Assembly (NCBI RefSeq): GCF_000281045.1
Contig: NW_008246096.1
Coordinates: 588,497-652,496 of the forward strand
Length of the DNA stretch: 64,000 bases
Direction of reading: 5' to 3'
Source: Saprolegnia diclina VS20
Taxonomy: Eukaryota
The notes beneath the pieces are model-generated. The model worked only from the letters and a program-made list of their open reading frames with translations. It ran no database searches and was not told the origin of the DNA. The position numbers were made by a program, and so were the translations under genes. Shown here one piece after another: positions 25,457 through 36,649 of the stretch (position 1 is the first letter of the stretch; each line of letters starts with the position of its first letter).

Positions 25457-28400
25457 ATGCGCCTCCGAGAGCCCTCTACGTGGAGGAATAGCGCGCTCGT
25501 GCTTGGCTTCCTCCTCGCGACTGCCATGGGCGACGGCTGCGGCGTGGCCAAGACGACGCTCACAGCGCGCTGCGGCTTTGTCGTCACGTCGCCCGACGAC
25601 AAGCGCGTCTGCGCCTACGACCCATCGAGCTGCAAGCCGATCATCAAGACCGACACGTGCGCTGGCAGCGACGGCAACCAATATGGCAACTTCACGTACG
25701 TCCTGCGCTTCTTCGCGGCCATGGCCTCAAGAACGGCGTAGGAGCTACCTCTGGCTGTGCTCGTATAGCACGTCCCAGTGCCAAGACGTCTCCAACAGCG
25801 TCTCCGATACGTTCAATAAGGTCTATAGCGACCACCAAGAGACGTACAAGAACGCAGTCTTCTTCAGTAATGCCAGGAGCATCCAGGAAACCGGACTCTA
25901 CTGCTACGATACGTCGTCCAAGCAAGAGCTTGGCGTCGTCGCCATCGCGAGCTCGCGCCACTGCATTTACGACACCAGCTGCAACGTCGCGCCATGGACG
26001 GACGCCACGAAAGCGGTCGACATCGTCAATGACTACTACACGGTCAACTCGTCCATGGTGCTCAGCGGCCTTGGGATCACAGCGCTCGGGCCGGACCTCG
26101 CTTCGGACTTCAACAAGAACAACACTTACTCCAACCTGTGCGACTTGAGTCGTTCGCAACAGTGCGACTCACCCAACCGGTTAGGGATTTGACCAAGAAC
26201 CAGCTCACGGACCTCGCGAGCACCAAGTTTCCAACCTCGCTCATGGTCATGTACGGTGGCCGCTCTCGCATTGACTAGCGCTTCATGGCCTGCGTCTAGG
26301 GATGTCTCTCAAAACAACTTGACGTCGATCGCCAAGATCCAAGCCACGAATCTCAACGCGCTGTGCGTTTGAGACAGGAATCCAAATGTGACATTCACCG
26401 GCGAGCGTAGGCGCGCGTCGTCCAACGCCATCACGACCATTGGCGAGCTGCCGTCCGGGCTATGGAGCCTGTACTCCCTTTGTTTTTTCACAAAAACGGC
26501 TTCTCACTCGCCCTTAGTGTCCTCGAGTTCAACCAAATCACAACGTTGGATGCATCGAGTCTCCCGCCGCAGCTCATCACCTTGTACTGCATTTGCGGCT
26601 GTGCAGTGGCATGACATCAACACACGTAGGAACCTCTTCAACAATGAGCTCACGTCGGTGCGCGGCAGCTTTCCGTCAAGCTTCAAGAACTTGTGCGTCC
26701 ACGCTGTGCCTTGTATAATCATTCGAGCGAAGCGCGCATAGGATTCTGCCAGGCAACAAGCTCACAACCTTCCCGGCCGAGTCGCTCGGCGCCAACCTCG
26801 AGCAGCTGTAGCGTATATTCGTTTGGGTTATCACAGCGTGCTCACGCTGGCGTAGCGACCTCGGCTCCAACCAGCTCGCCAAAATGCCCGACCTCTCCAA
26901 GCTCGCAAAGCTCGCAATCGTCAAGCTGCAAAACAATGCACTCACGTCGCTTGGCGCATTTCCGAGCAACGTGACGACCATGTACACGCGTCTCTACCAT
27001 GCAGGCCAAGCCATCTCACATGCACGTAGCTTTGCCGGGAGCAACAAGCTCACGTCGTTTCCGACGAACCTGCCGCCCAGTGTCCAAGCGCTGTACGCCC
27101 TGTTGCCTCTGTTCCTTTGATGGACATTCTGCGTAGCGATCTCTCGCTCAGCAACGTTGCGTGGCAACTTGCACCCAATGTGCTCCCTCTGAACGTCACC
27201 AACCTGTACATCTACACTCAGCTCGCCCTGTTTAATTGACGCCCCTAGCAACCTGTCGGGCAACCCGGTTCGAGACGGCTTTTTGAATGCGTCGCTGCTG
27301 CCATTCCAGTTGAAGTCGCTCGACCTCTCGGCGTGCGGCATTGCCTCGATCGTGGGCGACTTTCCGCCGCAGCTGACGCGCGTTCTATTGAGCGGGAACC
27401 CGATCGCGTCATTTCCGCTCTCGACAGCCACCGCGACGCTCTTCCGCGCGATCCCCAACGGCCTCGTTTTGCCCGAGAAGATCTTGTCGCTCAATTGCTC
27501 GACGTCGTCGCAGCTCAAGCTTCTCGCTGGCAACGCGACGGTCGTGTTTTGTCCGGATGCCACGTACATTGCGGCGGGCAGCGACGTCGTCTCGTCCAGT
27601 ATGTCGCCCATGACGGATTCTCTACCGTCGACAGCAACGCACTGACCGTATATGCTAGGCAAAGGATGGTTCTTTGGCGTCGGCGCCGGCGTCGTGCTCG
27701 TTGTCCTCGTCGCAGTCGTCGTCTTGTATCGCAAGCGGCTCGTGCGCTCGAAAGCGCTCTCCAAGCTCCTCGAAGATTTCGCGTCCAATCGGTCGCGCCA
27801 AAGCAAGCTCGACTCGATGGCCGGCTTTGAGTTTACGGCTACCCCCGGTATCGCCGAGTCGGCCGCAGGACTGTCACGTTTTGAAACCGGTATGCATTCT
27901 TCTTGTTGTTCTTGTCGACGCCAACACGTACGTCAAATCGTGCATCGTAGACTTGCTCGACAGCGATCTTGCCGAGCATCGGATCCCGCTCAATGACGTC
28001 AAGATCTTGGGCCCGCTCCACGGCAAGCACAAGAATGCCTCGGTGCCGGGCACGATGATGCTGTACAAGGCCGAGTTTGACGGCCGCCTCGTTGTCCTCA
28101 AGACGCTCATGACCGACACGCACGCAACTGGCGCGCTCGCGGCCCAAGCCGACGCGTTCCTTGCCGTCATTACGCTCCGCGCTCGCTTGGACCACCCCAA
28201 CATTGTCACGTTTATCGGAGCGGTGTGGAGCAGCAACGTGCGCAAGGGCATGCTGGGCTTTGGCTTCCTCTCCGAGCACATGGCCAAAGGCGACCTCGGG
28301 CGCCTCCTCACGCTCGACCAGTCGCGGTCGTCGGCCGAGAGGCTCTTCAAGTGGATGCCGCGGAGCTCGAACGCGCTCCCCAAGCTCTCGCTCGTCAGCG

Positions 28401-28891
28401 ACATTGCCCTAGCAATCGTGTGCTTGCATTCGTTTGCGCCGGCAATCATGCACCGCAACCTCCACGCGCGGCACGTGCTCTTGACGGACGAGTACGTCGC
28501 CAAGCTCAGCGGGTTTCGGCCACAGGACGACGACGAGAGCGACGACGCGGCGCCGCGCTTCGTGCCCGATCGCCTCTTGACGCCGCCTGAAGTGCTCAAG
28601 GGCGACGAGTGGACCGAGAAGGCCGACATTTATGCGTTTGGGATTCTCATTTGCGAAGTCGACTTGGGCCACCACCCGTATGCACATACGATCAAGACGG
28701 GCGACGCCGAAGACGCGAGCCAGCAGATCGCGACACTGGTCATGGCCGACTTGCTCCAGCCCACGTTCTCGGTCGAGTGTCCGATTGACGTGCAGGACGT
28801 GGCGAAGAAATGCCTCGCGCATTGCGCCGAGGACCGTCCGTCGGCCGTGCAAATGGAGTACTGGCTGCGGAAGCTGCGCTTATCGTACTGA
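25457..28891 (+). CDS. LRR receptor-like kinase (signal peptide, Cys-rich N-terminus, about 12-13 LRRs, TM, TKL-type pseudokinase domain)
   Basis: Hydrophobic leader SALVLGFLLATAMG. LRR micro-exons (DLTKNQLTDL, DVSQNNLTSI, NLFNNELTSV, DLGSNQLAKM and others). TM FGVGAGVVLVVLVAVVVLY-RKR. Kinase-fold motifs LDHPNIVTFIG, SEHMAKGDL, PPEVLKG, EKADIYAFGIL and EDRPSA. Confidence 0.9.
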
Positions 28892-29642
28892 GAGCCCTAT
28901 ACATAAGTATCTATACCAATGTGATCCCGAATAGTCGAGGCGGCTAGGATATATCGACATCAATCGGATCTGCCGAGTCGATGTGTGGTGGGCGTCGATG
29001 GATCGCGGCGTCGCGTCAACCGAATGCGAGCTACTTGAGCGTTGCACTCGCTCGGTGCTGCGTCAACTGTACCTACCGGCACCCCCGGGTGGCTGGTCGT
29101 CGCGGCTTCTGCAACTGAGAAAGCCTCTTGCGACGAGTCACGAACCAGGCACCGTCCCTGTCGCTTCCGCGCAACCAAGCACGCACGAGCATTTTACCGC
29201 ACGTCGACGGCCCATGCTGCATGATGAGGGCTCTGCCAACTGCAATCGATGGCGCAACGGCAAACAGCAATGTATCTTGCCGACCCTCGCACCTATCGTT
29301 GAAATGGTTGAACCTCACCGGATCGCCATCCAGCGACGCACCCACGTTGATGACGAAAAGGGTTGTCAGTGCGCGGAACGACACGAGCCGCCCGGAGCTC
29401 GCGGCGCCGCCGACGCAGTCTGCTCTATGCTCGGCCGCACTCCAATGCCTACTGTCCCAAGCAGAAGCGTACCTGGGCCGGGTTTTGGACTGTCTAGGAG
29501 AGTAGCCGCAACCCAAGAGCGTATTTTTCTGGGAATCGAAGCGGCAATTAAACTTTTATTTAAAAAAAGAAGCCGAGGAAGAGAAAGACGCGGGATCAGA
29601 TGCCGCGCGCGGCGAGCGCTGGCATTTGCAGATTCGCGTCAA

Positions 29643-31452
29643 ATGGAGTACCCGAGCATCGAGCTGAGCGCCGCGGAGCTCGCCAAGCACTTTCGCAGAA
29701 CGAGCGCGTTCGCAAAGGAAGCGATGGCCAAGACGTTGAGCAGCCACAAGAGCCTCGAGGGGGACGGCTACAAGATGACGATGGACAAGCACGGGTACCG
29801 GTGCTACCAGCGCGCCAAGCCAACGTCGCCGTTTGAAGAATTTTTCATCCAGGGCACGTGCGACACGACGCTCGACGAGCTCGCGTATGGGCTCTACACG
29901 CCGACGACGCACGCCCACCGCGTCGTGCTCAGCTTGCTCTACAAGTACGACTTTCTCGACGGCGCGATTCTGCAGACCGACATGGCCAAGACGGACGACG
30001 ACCCGTTCCGGTGGTTTGGCGTCAAGTACGCGCGCGTGCATTTGCCGCTGCCCGTGCACACGGTCTTTCAGCCGCGCGACACGGTGTACGTCGAGGTACG
30101 ACATCGCAGCAAAGGGCATCGACTGATACAAATACTTGGCCTAGCAATCGGGCACGCGTCTCGACAGCAACGGCAACCGGACGCTCTTCCAAGTCCGGCA
30201 CACGATCGAGGCCAAGGCGTTCCCGCCTTTTCCACATGTCGTGCGGTTCCAGTACCAGCTCGGGTTTCTCTTCACGGAGCTCCCGAACGGCAGTGTTCAA
30301 TTTACGATCGTCGGGCATCTCGACCCAATGGGCAACATGCCTGCGTGGATCTACAACAAGCGCGTGTCGCAAAAGTACTATGAAAACGTCACCATCTTCT
30401 CGGAGCTCGCGCAGATGCGCCGTCTCATGGAGTCGCCACGCGTCCGGTCGGTGCGCGCCAAAGACCGGTACATCATCCCTCCATTATTGGCTAGAGCCTC
30501 ACACTCACTTCTCGCTCTTCTTGTGGTAGCTCGACGCAAAAGTGCGCGACGTGTCCGTCGTTCTCGAACCGGTGGTGCTTTTGCCGGACGTGTGGCCAGG
30601 TACTTGGTCGCGATGCTCCGAGTGTGCTCATATGTCTTACCAGATTACGTGCACGAAATGCGTCGTCGTGATCCCGCAGCCGCTCCAGAACGTGCGGCCG
30701 ATGGGCCGGTTCAGCCATCTCGCGTCCGTCGCGGACCACAACAAGCACATTGGCCACCCGATTGTGAAAGCGACGTACTGCAAAACGTGCTTTACCTCGA
30801 CGCGCCTCCGGACACCGCGGCTCTCGCTCAACGGCGGCGGCACGCTCTCGTCCACCTCGAGCCGCGACGGCGGCTATGCCTTTAGCCCGTCGACGCCGAC
30901 CGCCGACGAGCTCGACGAGCCGTCCCGCCCTTGTACGACCACATGATTGGCGTCAGAATCTCATGCACCTCGATCTAGCGTCGTGCACGCACGCATCGTT
31001 CGCGGACCGGTCGCTGGACTTTGAGTGTGACTCGCCGCTCTCGGACATTTCGTCGGCGTCGTCGACCAAGTTTCGCAGCAAAGGCGCCGGCAAGCACTAC
31101 GGCTGGGGTACGTCACCACGGACATGGGAGCTCCACCGCTCACGATTGGCATTGTAGAGGGACCGTCGGAATACTATGGTCGTGCCAAGTCGGATGCGAC
31201 GCTCCTCCACTCGCTGAATCCGTCGTTTGGTACACCGAAACGTATGGAGTGTGCGCTCACACGTTGTGGTTAGGGTCGGTCGAGCGAGAACGGTATTTGC
31301 ACACGGCGAGCTCCGAGCCGTCGTTCGACACGGCGTTGTTTGCGTCGCTGCAGTACCAGCGCCACCTCGTCGAAGAAATGCAGCTGTCGCTCGCTGCGCA
31401 CCACAAAACCCTCTCGGACCGGGGGCAGCGCAGTGTCGGCGGCCTCGTCTAG
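29643..31452 (+). CDS. Oomycete START-like plus FYVE-like zinc finger protein, multi-exon
   Basis: GTCDTTLDELAYGLY, DFLDGAIL, DPFRWFGVKY, PRDTVYVE and DPMGNMPAW (START-like). Cys pairs CATC, CRTCGQ, CTKC and CKTC (FYVE-like). Confidence 0.8.
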
Positions 31453-31473
31453 TTGTATTGAGTTAAAACGTGT

Positions 31474-32935
31474 TTAAATGGTTTCTAGCGTGTTGGCGCG
31501 AACGTGGTCGAGCACGGCTTGGAGCGAGTTGTGGCGGTTGTACGCAGCGAGGGCGGCGCGAAGCCCGTCGCCGTAGATCGGGCTCGGGTCGTGCAGCAGG
31601 TGGTAGACGTAGCAACCGCGCAGCGTCGCGCGGTAATTGCCCGGCGCGTTCGTCACGTTCATAAACTCGAGGTACAGATAGGCGAGGAGCTGGCAGACTC
31701 CTTCCTCCACCTACGATATCCAAGATACAGTTGTTGGCAAGTGGGTATACCTGGGGCGACAAGTGCGAGGGGAATTCCGGGTGCAGCTTGAAGTACGCGT
31801 GTGTGGCTTCGTGGGCCAAAATGTGCGCCGTCATGTCGTACGGCAGTCCGTGCAAAATCAAAATCGCATTAACCCGCCGATCGCCGAGCTGCATGCGCTC
31901 CGTGGCGCCCCGGTGGGCAATGTGCCGAATGTAGCGGACCTGAGCTGCCACCATCGCTTCCTCCGCTACCATAGATAATGACGCACCTCGGAGAGGCAGA
32001 CGCCGTAGATGGCGGGTGCCATTGCGTCGCGGGGCAAGTTGGCGTGGTGGTCGTGCGTGTGGGCGTTGAGTGTCTCGAAATCGACGAGCAGCACGGGCAG
32101 CTAGATATTTATACCGGTTGGGAGAACATCCCAGCCGAGGAAGTGGCCTACCGCAGGCAAGTGCATGCCAAGCGATGCCAGGAACGACCAGACGTGGGCG
32201 ACGACGGGTTGGACCTGGAACGCGACGTCAGCAAAGGGTAATGGAAGTGCACGGCATGCGTCTACCTCGGACGTGTCGAGGATGACGGTCTCCGCGCATC
32301 CTGGGCAGAGCTTGCGGCCGTCACTGAGCGACTCGAACCGACGATGGCTGGCTGTCGGCTACGACCGACGTGAGATGCATTGTGAGAGGATGGTCAAACG
32401 CACCTCGATGCGCTTGCAGCTGCAGCAGCGGGCGCGCTGGTCGTGGATGCCACAGTACTTGAGGCGCCAGAACGGCATCTCGCGGTACACAATGTGCTGG
32501 CTCGTGTTCATGGGAAGGAGCTCGCTGCAGACGTCACAGCTAACGCGTACATGCAGCAAAGCATCGACTGGTACGAGGCTCGTACCGCGGATGAAAAAGC
32601 TCTTGGAAACAGGCCGCGTGGTACGGCTCATCCTCGTGCACCTGAAAGCGCGTGTTGGCCTCAAAGACGCGCTGGCACGCGCCGCAGCGAAAGCACTCGG
32701 GATGGTAGCTGCGCCCTAGCGCCTGGAGCATGCCCGCGCCGCGCCTACGCACGCTCGTTCTTCAAGCCGCCGTCGAGCTGCCGTGCTAATACCGAATGGG
32801 TTGATGGCAGCCCTTGCAGACGACGGCGCCGGTCGTCGCAAAGGCCGAGGCGCCGGGCCCAGGGCCCTCGCAAGCCTCGCAGACCATCGCCTCGTTTGGG
32901 TTGAGAAGCGTGCACGCCGGGCACGTCCACGTCAT
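31474..32935 (-). CDS. DA1-like protein: N-terminal NZF/RanBP2-type zinc finger, LIM domain(s) and DA1 zinc peptidase
   Basis: ATG 32935 gives MTWTCPACTLLNPNEAMVCEACE. LIM: CKGCHQPI...YHPECFRCGAC...PYHAACFQELFHPRCDVC. Also PFWRLKYC, RCCSCKRIE, VNAILILHGLPYDMTAHILAHEATHAY (HEXXH), VEEGVCQL and SPIYGDGLR. Confidence 0.92.
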
Positions 32936-33068
32936 CCTCGTCGTTGCCTGTCAGCCGGCCTGTCCACTTTTTAATTTCCGGCAACCAATTCCGCATACGA
33001 AAAGCGTATGGTCGATGGATACTTTTTTCAAAACATGTTATCAGAACCGTCTCAATTGCTTGGCGCCA

Positions 33069-33148
33069 TCGTCCAGCCAGGTAGAGATGATGGCATTGTC
33101 CCGTGATGTCGTCCAGCCAGGTAGAGATGATGGCATTGTCCCGTGATG
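33069..33148. repeat. Perfect 40-bp tandem duplication
   Basis: TCGTCCAGCCAGGTAGAGATGATGGCATTGTCCCGTGATG occurs at 33069-33108 and again at 33109-33148. Confidence 0.95.
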
Positions 33149-33665
33149 ATGATGGCCAGGACGAAAAACCGTGTCCGATGCTCGCTTAGCCAGTCGTGCT
33201 TGTGTCGGATCGCATTTACAGCGAGTCCAACGGCGCCGCCCTGGCTACTGTCCACCTGAAGCTAGCTTGACCTAACGCATGAATTCCTAGGACAAGGGAA
33301 TAAGCCGTCAACCAAGACAAGGGACTATTGTTTATTCCTGTGACAGACGTTCGACGACCTTTGCTCGGTCGTTGGGCTTTCAGAGGTTGAGGCGCCAGCC
33401 GTGAGCGATTGAGGTTCGAGATCGAAGCACCGTGGGCAACGGAGAGCAGAGATCACAGTCTTGCGCTAGATCTCGAGCCTGTAGAAGCCCGCACATATTC
33501 TTCGCAGTCGGAATGATTAGGGCGGACGACCCGTTGTCCTCGCTGTTGGAGTCGACCCTTCCGCCGACTTCGGCAACCCGATCTTGTATCGGAGGTTCAA
33601 CTTGAGACGGTTGCGAGAAAGCCAAATCTGGCGTCGAATTCGGCAGACGTGGATTTATCGAACTC

Positions 33666-34772
33666 ATGGCAGCGACGACGACGACCCACCAGCGCCGATG
33701 GCCCGGCGACAACCCGAACGGCGAGAAGGCGCCCGTGACGGGCATGCGTCATGGCGCGCTGCTTGGGGCGTGCATGGGCGTCGAGGGCTACAACTGCAAC
33801 TACAAGAACAACCCCGACGCCGACCTGCCGCATTACGACGGCTCCAACTTCCTCGACGGCCTCTGCACGGGCATGAAGTGGCAATGCGTCGAGTACGCCC
33901 GCCGCTTCTGGGTGCTCAAGAAGGGCATTGTGCTCCCGAGCTTGAGCTGGGCGGCGCACATCTGGACCAAGATCGAGCACGTGAGCCGACGCGACGACTA
34001 TGCGATCGTACCGCTCCAGAAACTCCCCAACTTTGGCGCGGAGAAGCCCGAAGTCGGCGACTTTCTCGTGTACCAGTCGACGCCCAACCAGTGGGTCGGC
34101 CACGTCGCGGTCGTCGTTGGCGTCTTTGAGCGCGACAGCCGCTGGGTCGTCCGCGTCGCCGAGCAGAACGTCGAGAACAACAAGCTCTGGCCGGGCGACT
34201 ACGCCGACGAGCTCGAGGTTCAAACCAAGGTTGTGGACGGCAAGACCACGTACGGCATTGTCCACCGCGATACGGACCTCGTCCTCGACGGCTGGGTCCG
34301 CGCGCGCCTCGACCAAGCGCGGGCGCGGGCACCGTGGACACGTCCGGCGCCGCGCTTGAGCGTCTCGGGCATCTACGACCACGACAGCGCCGTCGCGCTC
34401 CAGACGTTTGTCGGGTCGTATCCCGATGGCAGCCACGGCGGCATGACCAACACGGATATTCGTAACGTCCTGCGGCAGTACGGCAACGCCGACGAGGCGC
34501 CGACGACAACCGAGAACGACGAGCTCGTCACGTGCTTGCGCAAGTTCCTCTTGGGTCGCCCGACGCTCCTCGCGCCGTTCAAAGCCCAAGCGCTGAGCTG
34601 CCCGGGCACGGGTCGCTGCGTCTGCCGCACGATCCTGCGCGAGCCGCTCGACGATGCCGATGCGGCGATCTCATGCTCGACGACGTCGGCGCTGCAGGCG
34701 TTCCTCAACAGCGTCCACCACCCGCACGACCTCCGCTCTGCCCTCGCGCAGCTGGCCTCGCAGACGTCGTAG
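33666..34772 (+). CDS. CHAP-domain cysteine amidase (glutathionylspermidine-amidase-like) with C-terminal extension, intronless
   Basis: GMKWQCVEYARRFW (catalytic Cys), GHVAVV (catalytic His) and VRVAEQN. Single 368-aa ORF. No ATP-grasp synthetase domain. Confidence 0.9.
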   Translation: MAATTTTHQRRWPGDNPNGEKAPVTGMRHGALLGACMGVEGYNCNYKNNPDADLPHYDGSNFLDGLCTGMKWQCVEYARRFWVLKKGIVLPSLSWAAHIWTKIEHVSRRDDYAIVPLQKLPNFGAEKPEVGDFLVYQSTPNQWVGHVAVVVGVFERDSRWVVRVAEQNVENNKLWPGDYADELEVQTKVVDGKTTYGIVHRDTDLVLDGWVRARLDQARARAPWTRPAPRLSVSGIYDHDSAVALQTFVGSYPDGSHGGMTNTDIRNVLRQYGNADEAPTTTENDELVTCLRKFLLGRPTLLAPFKAQALSCPGTGRCVCRTILREPLDDADAAISCSTTSALQAFLNSVHHPHDLRSALAQLASQTS

Positions 34773-35251
34773 ACGACGATACTACAAACACGACGATGGA
34801 CCATTGGCAATAATACATCATAATCGCGTACTCTTGTTCAACGAGGGCTGTCGCACGACGCAAACCAAATGTAGAAAAGTCATTTCAGTCGGCACCCCAA
34901 AAGCAAATTGTACGATTTGTGTGCATGTGCATTCGCCAAAAATGACACTGTGTACACCAAACCCAATCATAAGCAATCAAATCGGCCCGGCGACATCTTG
35001 GACCACGCACTTCTGGGCTTCACCACGGGGACCGGCGCGAGACCGTGTTTGCAGTCTTTCGCAGCCTTTACTGCGACGCCTTTTGGGCCCACAGACATCA
35101 AATTTGGCTCTCAGGACGATCCACTCTTACGTCTGCTTGGACATTACGTATTTTAGAGTTGAAGATCATAGATTTAAGGAGAAATTGGTATTGAATTTGG
35201 CGAAAGAGGCCGACTGGGTACGTAAGCTTTGTGATTCGTCGATTGCGTCTG

Positions 35252-36649
35252 CTACGCTGATGGCGCGCCCGAGCAGTTGTAGTACCGTTGGTTGATCTCG
35301 GTCCATGCGTCAATGCGAATTGGGTTGGCTCCCGACGTGATGCCATCCAGGAGCGCTTTCGATGTCGCCGGCCGACTAATGCGCCACATCGACTTGAACG
35401 CCGTCGGGTAGTCGAGCACCGCGCCCGGAAGACAGTGCTCGTAGAGCATCACCATCATCTTCTCCACTTCGTCTTCAATCGCGCGTGTCGACAGTGCCTG
35501 CGCCGTTCCTGCTGCGTAAATGGCGGCGCGCCACGCCAGAAACGCTTGTGTATCGACCGAGTTCGAGTGGCGCACTGTGTGTTTTTTGGTCAACCGCCGC
35601 GCGCCAGGGTTGGTCGTCGTGCCCGCGGCATCGCACTGCGTATAGAGCGTACCGAGAAGCCCATGCAGCTCGTAGCTGTAGCTGCTGTTGCCGAGCTGCG
35701 TGGCGTCGACCCAACCACCGTACGTGGTGGGGACGTTGTCAAAGAACGGCAACTCTGGTGTCGACGCCAGTCGCAGCACGCGCGAGTTGGCCGTCAGCGG
35801 CACGTTGTTGGCAACGCAGCCTTCAAAGACGCGGGGGTCCGACACCACCTTGGCTTCGGCCGCGCCGATTTGACGCGAGAGGCACTCGTGGTAAATGCTC
35901 AAAAGCACGTCAATCATCGCGTGGTGGGCAAAAAAGATCGGGTCGGCGGCCGAGACAAAGAGGTTGGCCATCGCGCCACCGAGCGTTGCGTGCATCGAGT
36001 CGTGCGGCGACGCTTCGATCGCGGCTGTCACCGCCGTCATCGAGCTGCCTGCAAAGACGCTCTGCTTGACGCGGTTAAAGTTGAGGTCGGGGCTAAAGTA
36101 CGTCGACGTCCACGGACCGCGCGGCACGCAGCGCATGCACGTTGTCGACGCCGGGGCGCAGAAATGCGACGCGGGCGACGCCGAAATGCACTGGGCGCCC
36201 GGAAAGCGATACCCGAGGATCGGCGACGACGGCGACGACGCGACCGCGGGTCCGCTGCCGCCAAACGCATTGAGAATCTTGGCGCAGGACGCAATGTTCG
36301 TGCACTTGCGGCTCACGTAATCCAAATTGTGCTGGACATAGTCGAAATACGGCAGCGTCACGCAAGCAAAGTCGTCGCCGAGCGACCGGAGCATGGTCTC
36401 AAACCCGAGGAGAAACTTGCGGTGCCAAAAGAGAAAGACGCACGTGTTGTGGGCCTCGCGGTTGGTCATTTCGTCTGCGTGCAGCGCAACGAACCGAGCA
36501 TAGTAGCCGCGGTCCATCGAGAGCGTCAACGCGCGAAGAAAGAGAGCCTGCTCCGAGGCTGGCAGTGCGTCCCACGGCTTGCGCACCCGAGCAGGACATG
36601 CTGCGAGGACAGCGCCAAGCCACACAAGCAGAAGCCGTAGGAGACGCAT
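35252..36649 (-). CDS. Secreted tyrosinase-family (type-3 copper) protein, intronless
   Basis: Signal peptide MRLLRLLLVWLGAVLA, then RVRKPW, ALH...EAHNTCVFLFWHRKFL (CuA), TLPYFD and PHDSMHATLGG...SAADPIFFAHH (CuB). Confidence 0.93.
   Translation of the reverse strand: MRLLRLLLVWLGAVLAACPARVRKPWDALPASEQALFLRALTLSMDRGYYARFVALHADEMTNREAHNTCVFLFWHRKFLLGFETMLRSLGDDFACVTLPYFDYVQHNLDYVSRKCTNIASCAKILNAFGGSGPAVASSPSSPILGYRFPGAQCISASPASHFCAPASTTCMRCVPRGPWTSTYFSPDLNFNRVKQSVFAGSSMTAVTAAIEASPHDSMHATLGGAMANLFVSAADPIFFAHHAMIDVLLSIYHECLSRQIGAAEAKVVSDPRVFEGCVANNVPLTANSRVLRLASTPELPFFDNVPTTYGGWVDATQLGNSSYSYELHGLLGTLYTQCDAAGTTTNPGARRLTKKHTVRHSNSVDTQAFLAWRAAIYAAGTAQALSTRAIEDEVEKMMVMLYEHCLPGAVLDYPTAFKSMWRISRPATSKALLDGITSGANPIRIDAWTEINQRYYNCSGAPSA

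Noticed and set aside
32745..32996. ORF-track 83-aa ORF (MRNWLPEIKK...) as the DA1 N-terminus
   Set aside because: The alternative frame starting at 32935 encodes a clear zinc finger and the first LIM cysteines, so this ORF is the wrong frame.
33069..33148. CRISPR-like repeat
   Set aside because: Only two adjacent copies with no spacer, in eukaryotic context with no cas genes.
33280..33620. Possible structured ncRNA (tRNA, SRP or RNase P-like) upstream of the CHAP gene
   Set aside because: There are GTTCGA and short inverted repeats, but no cloverleaf or conserved SRP/RNase P motifs could be assembled.
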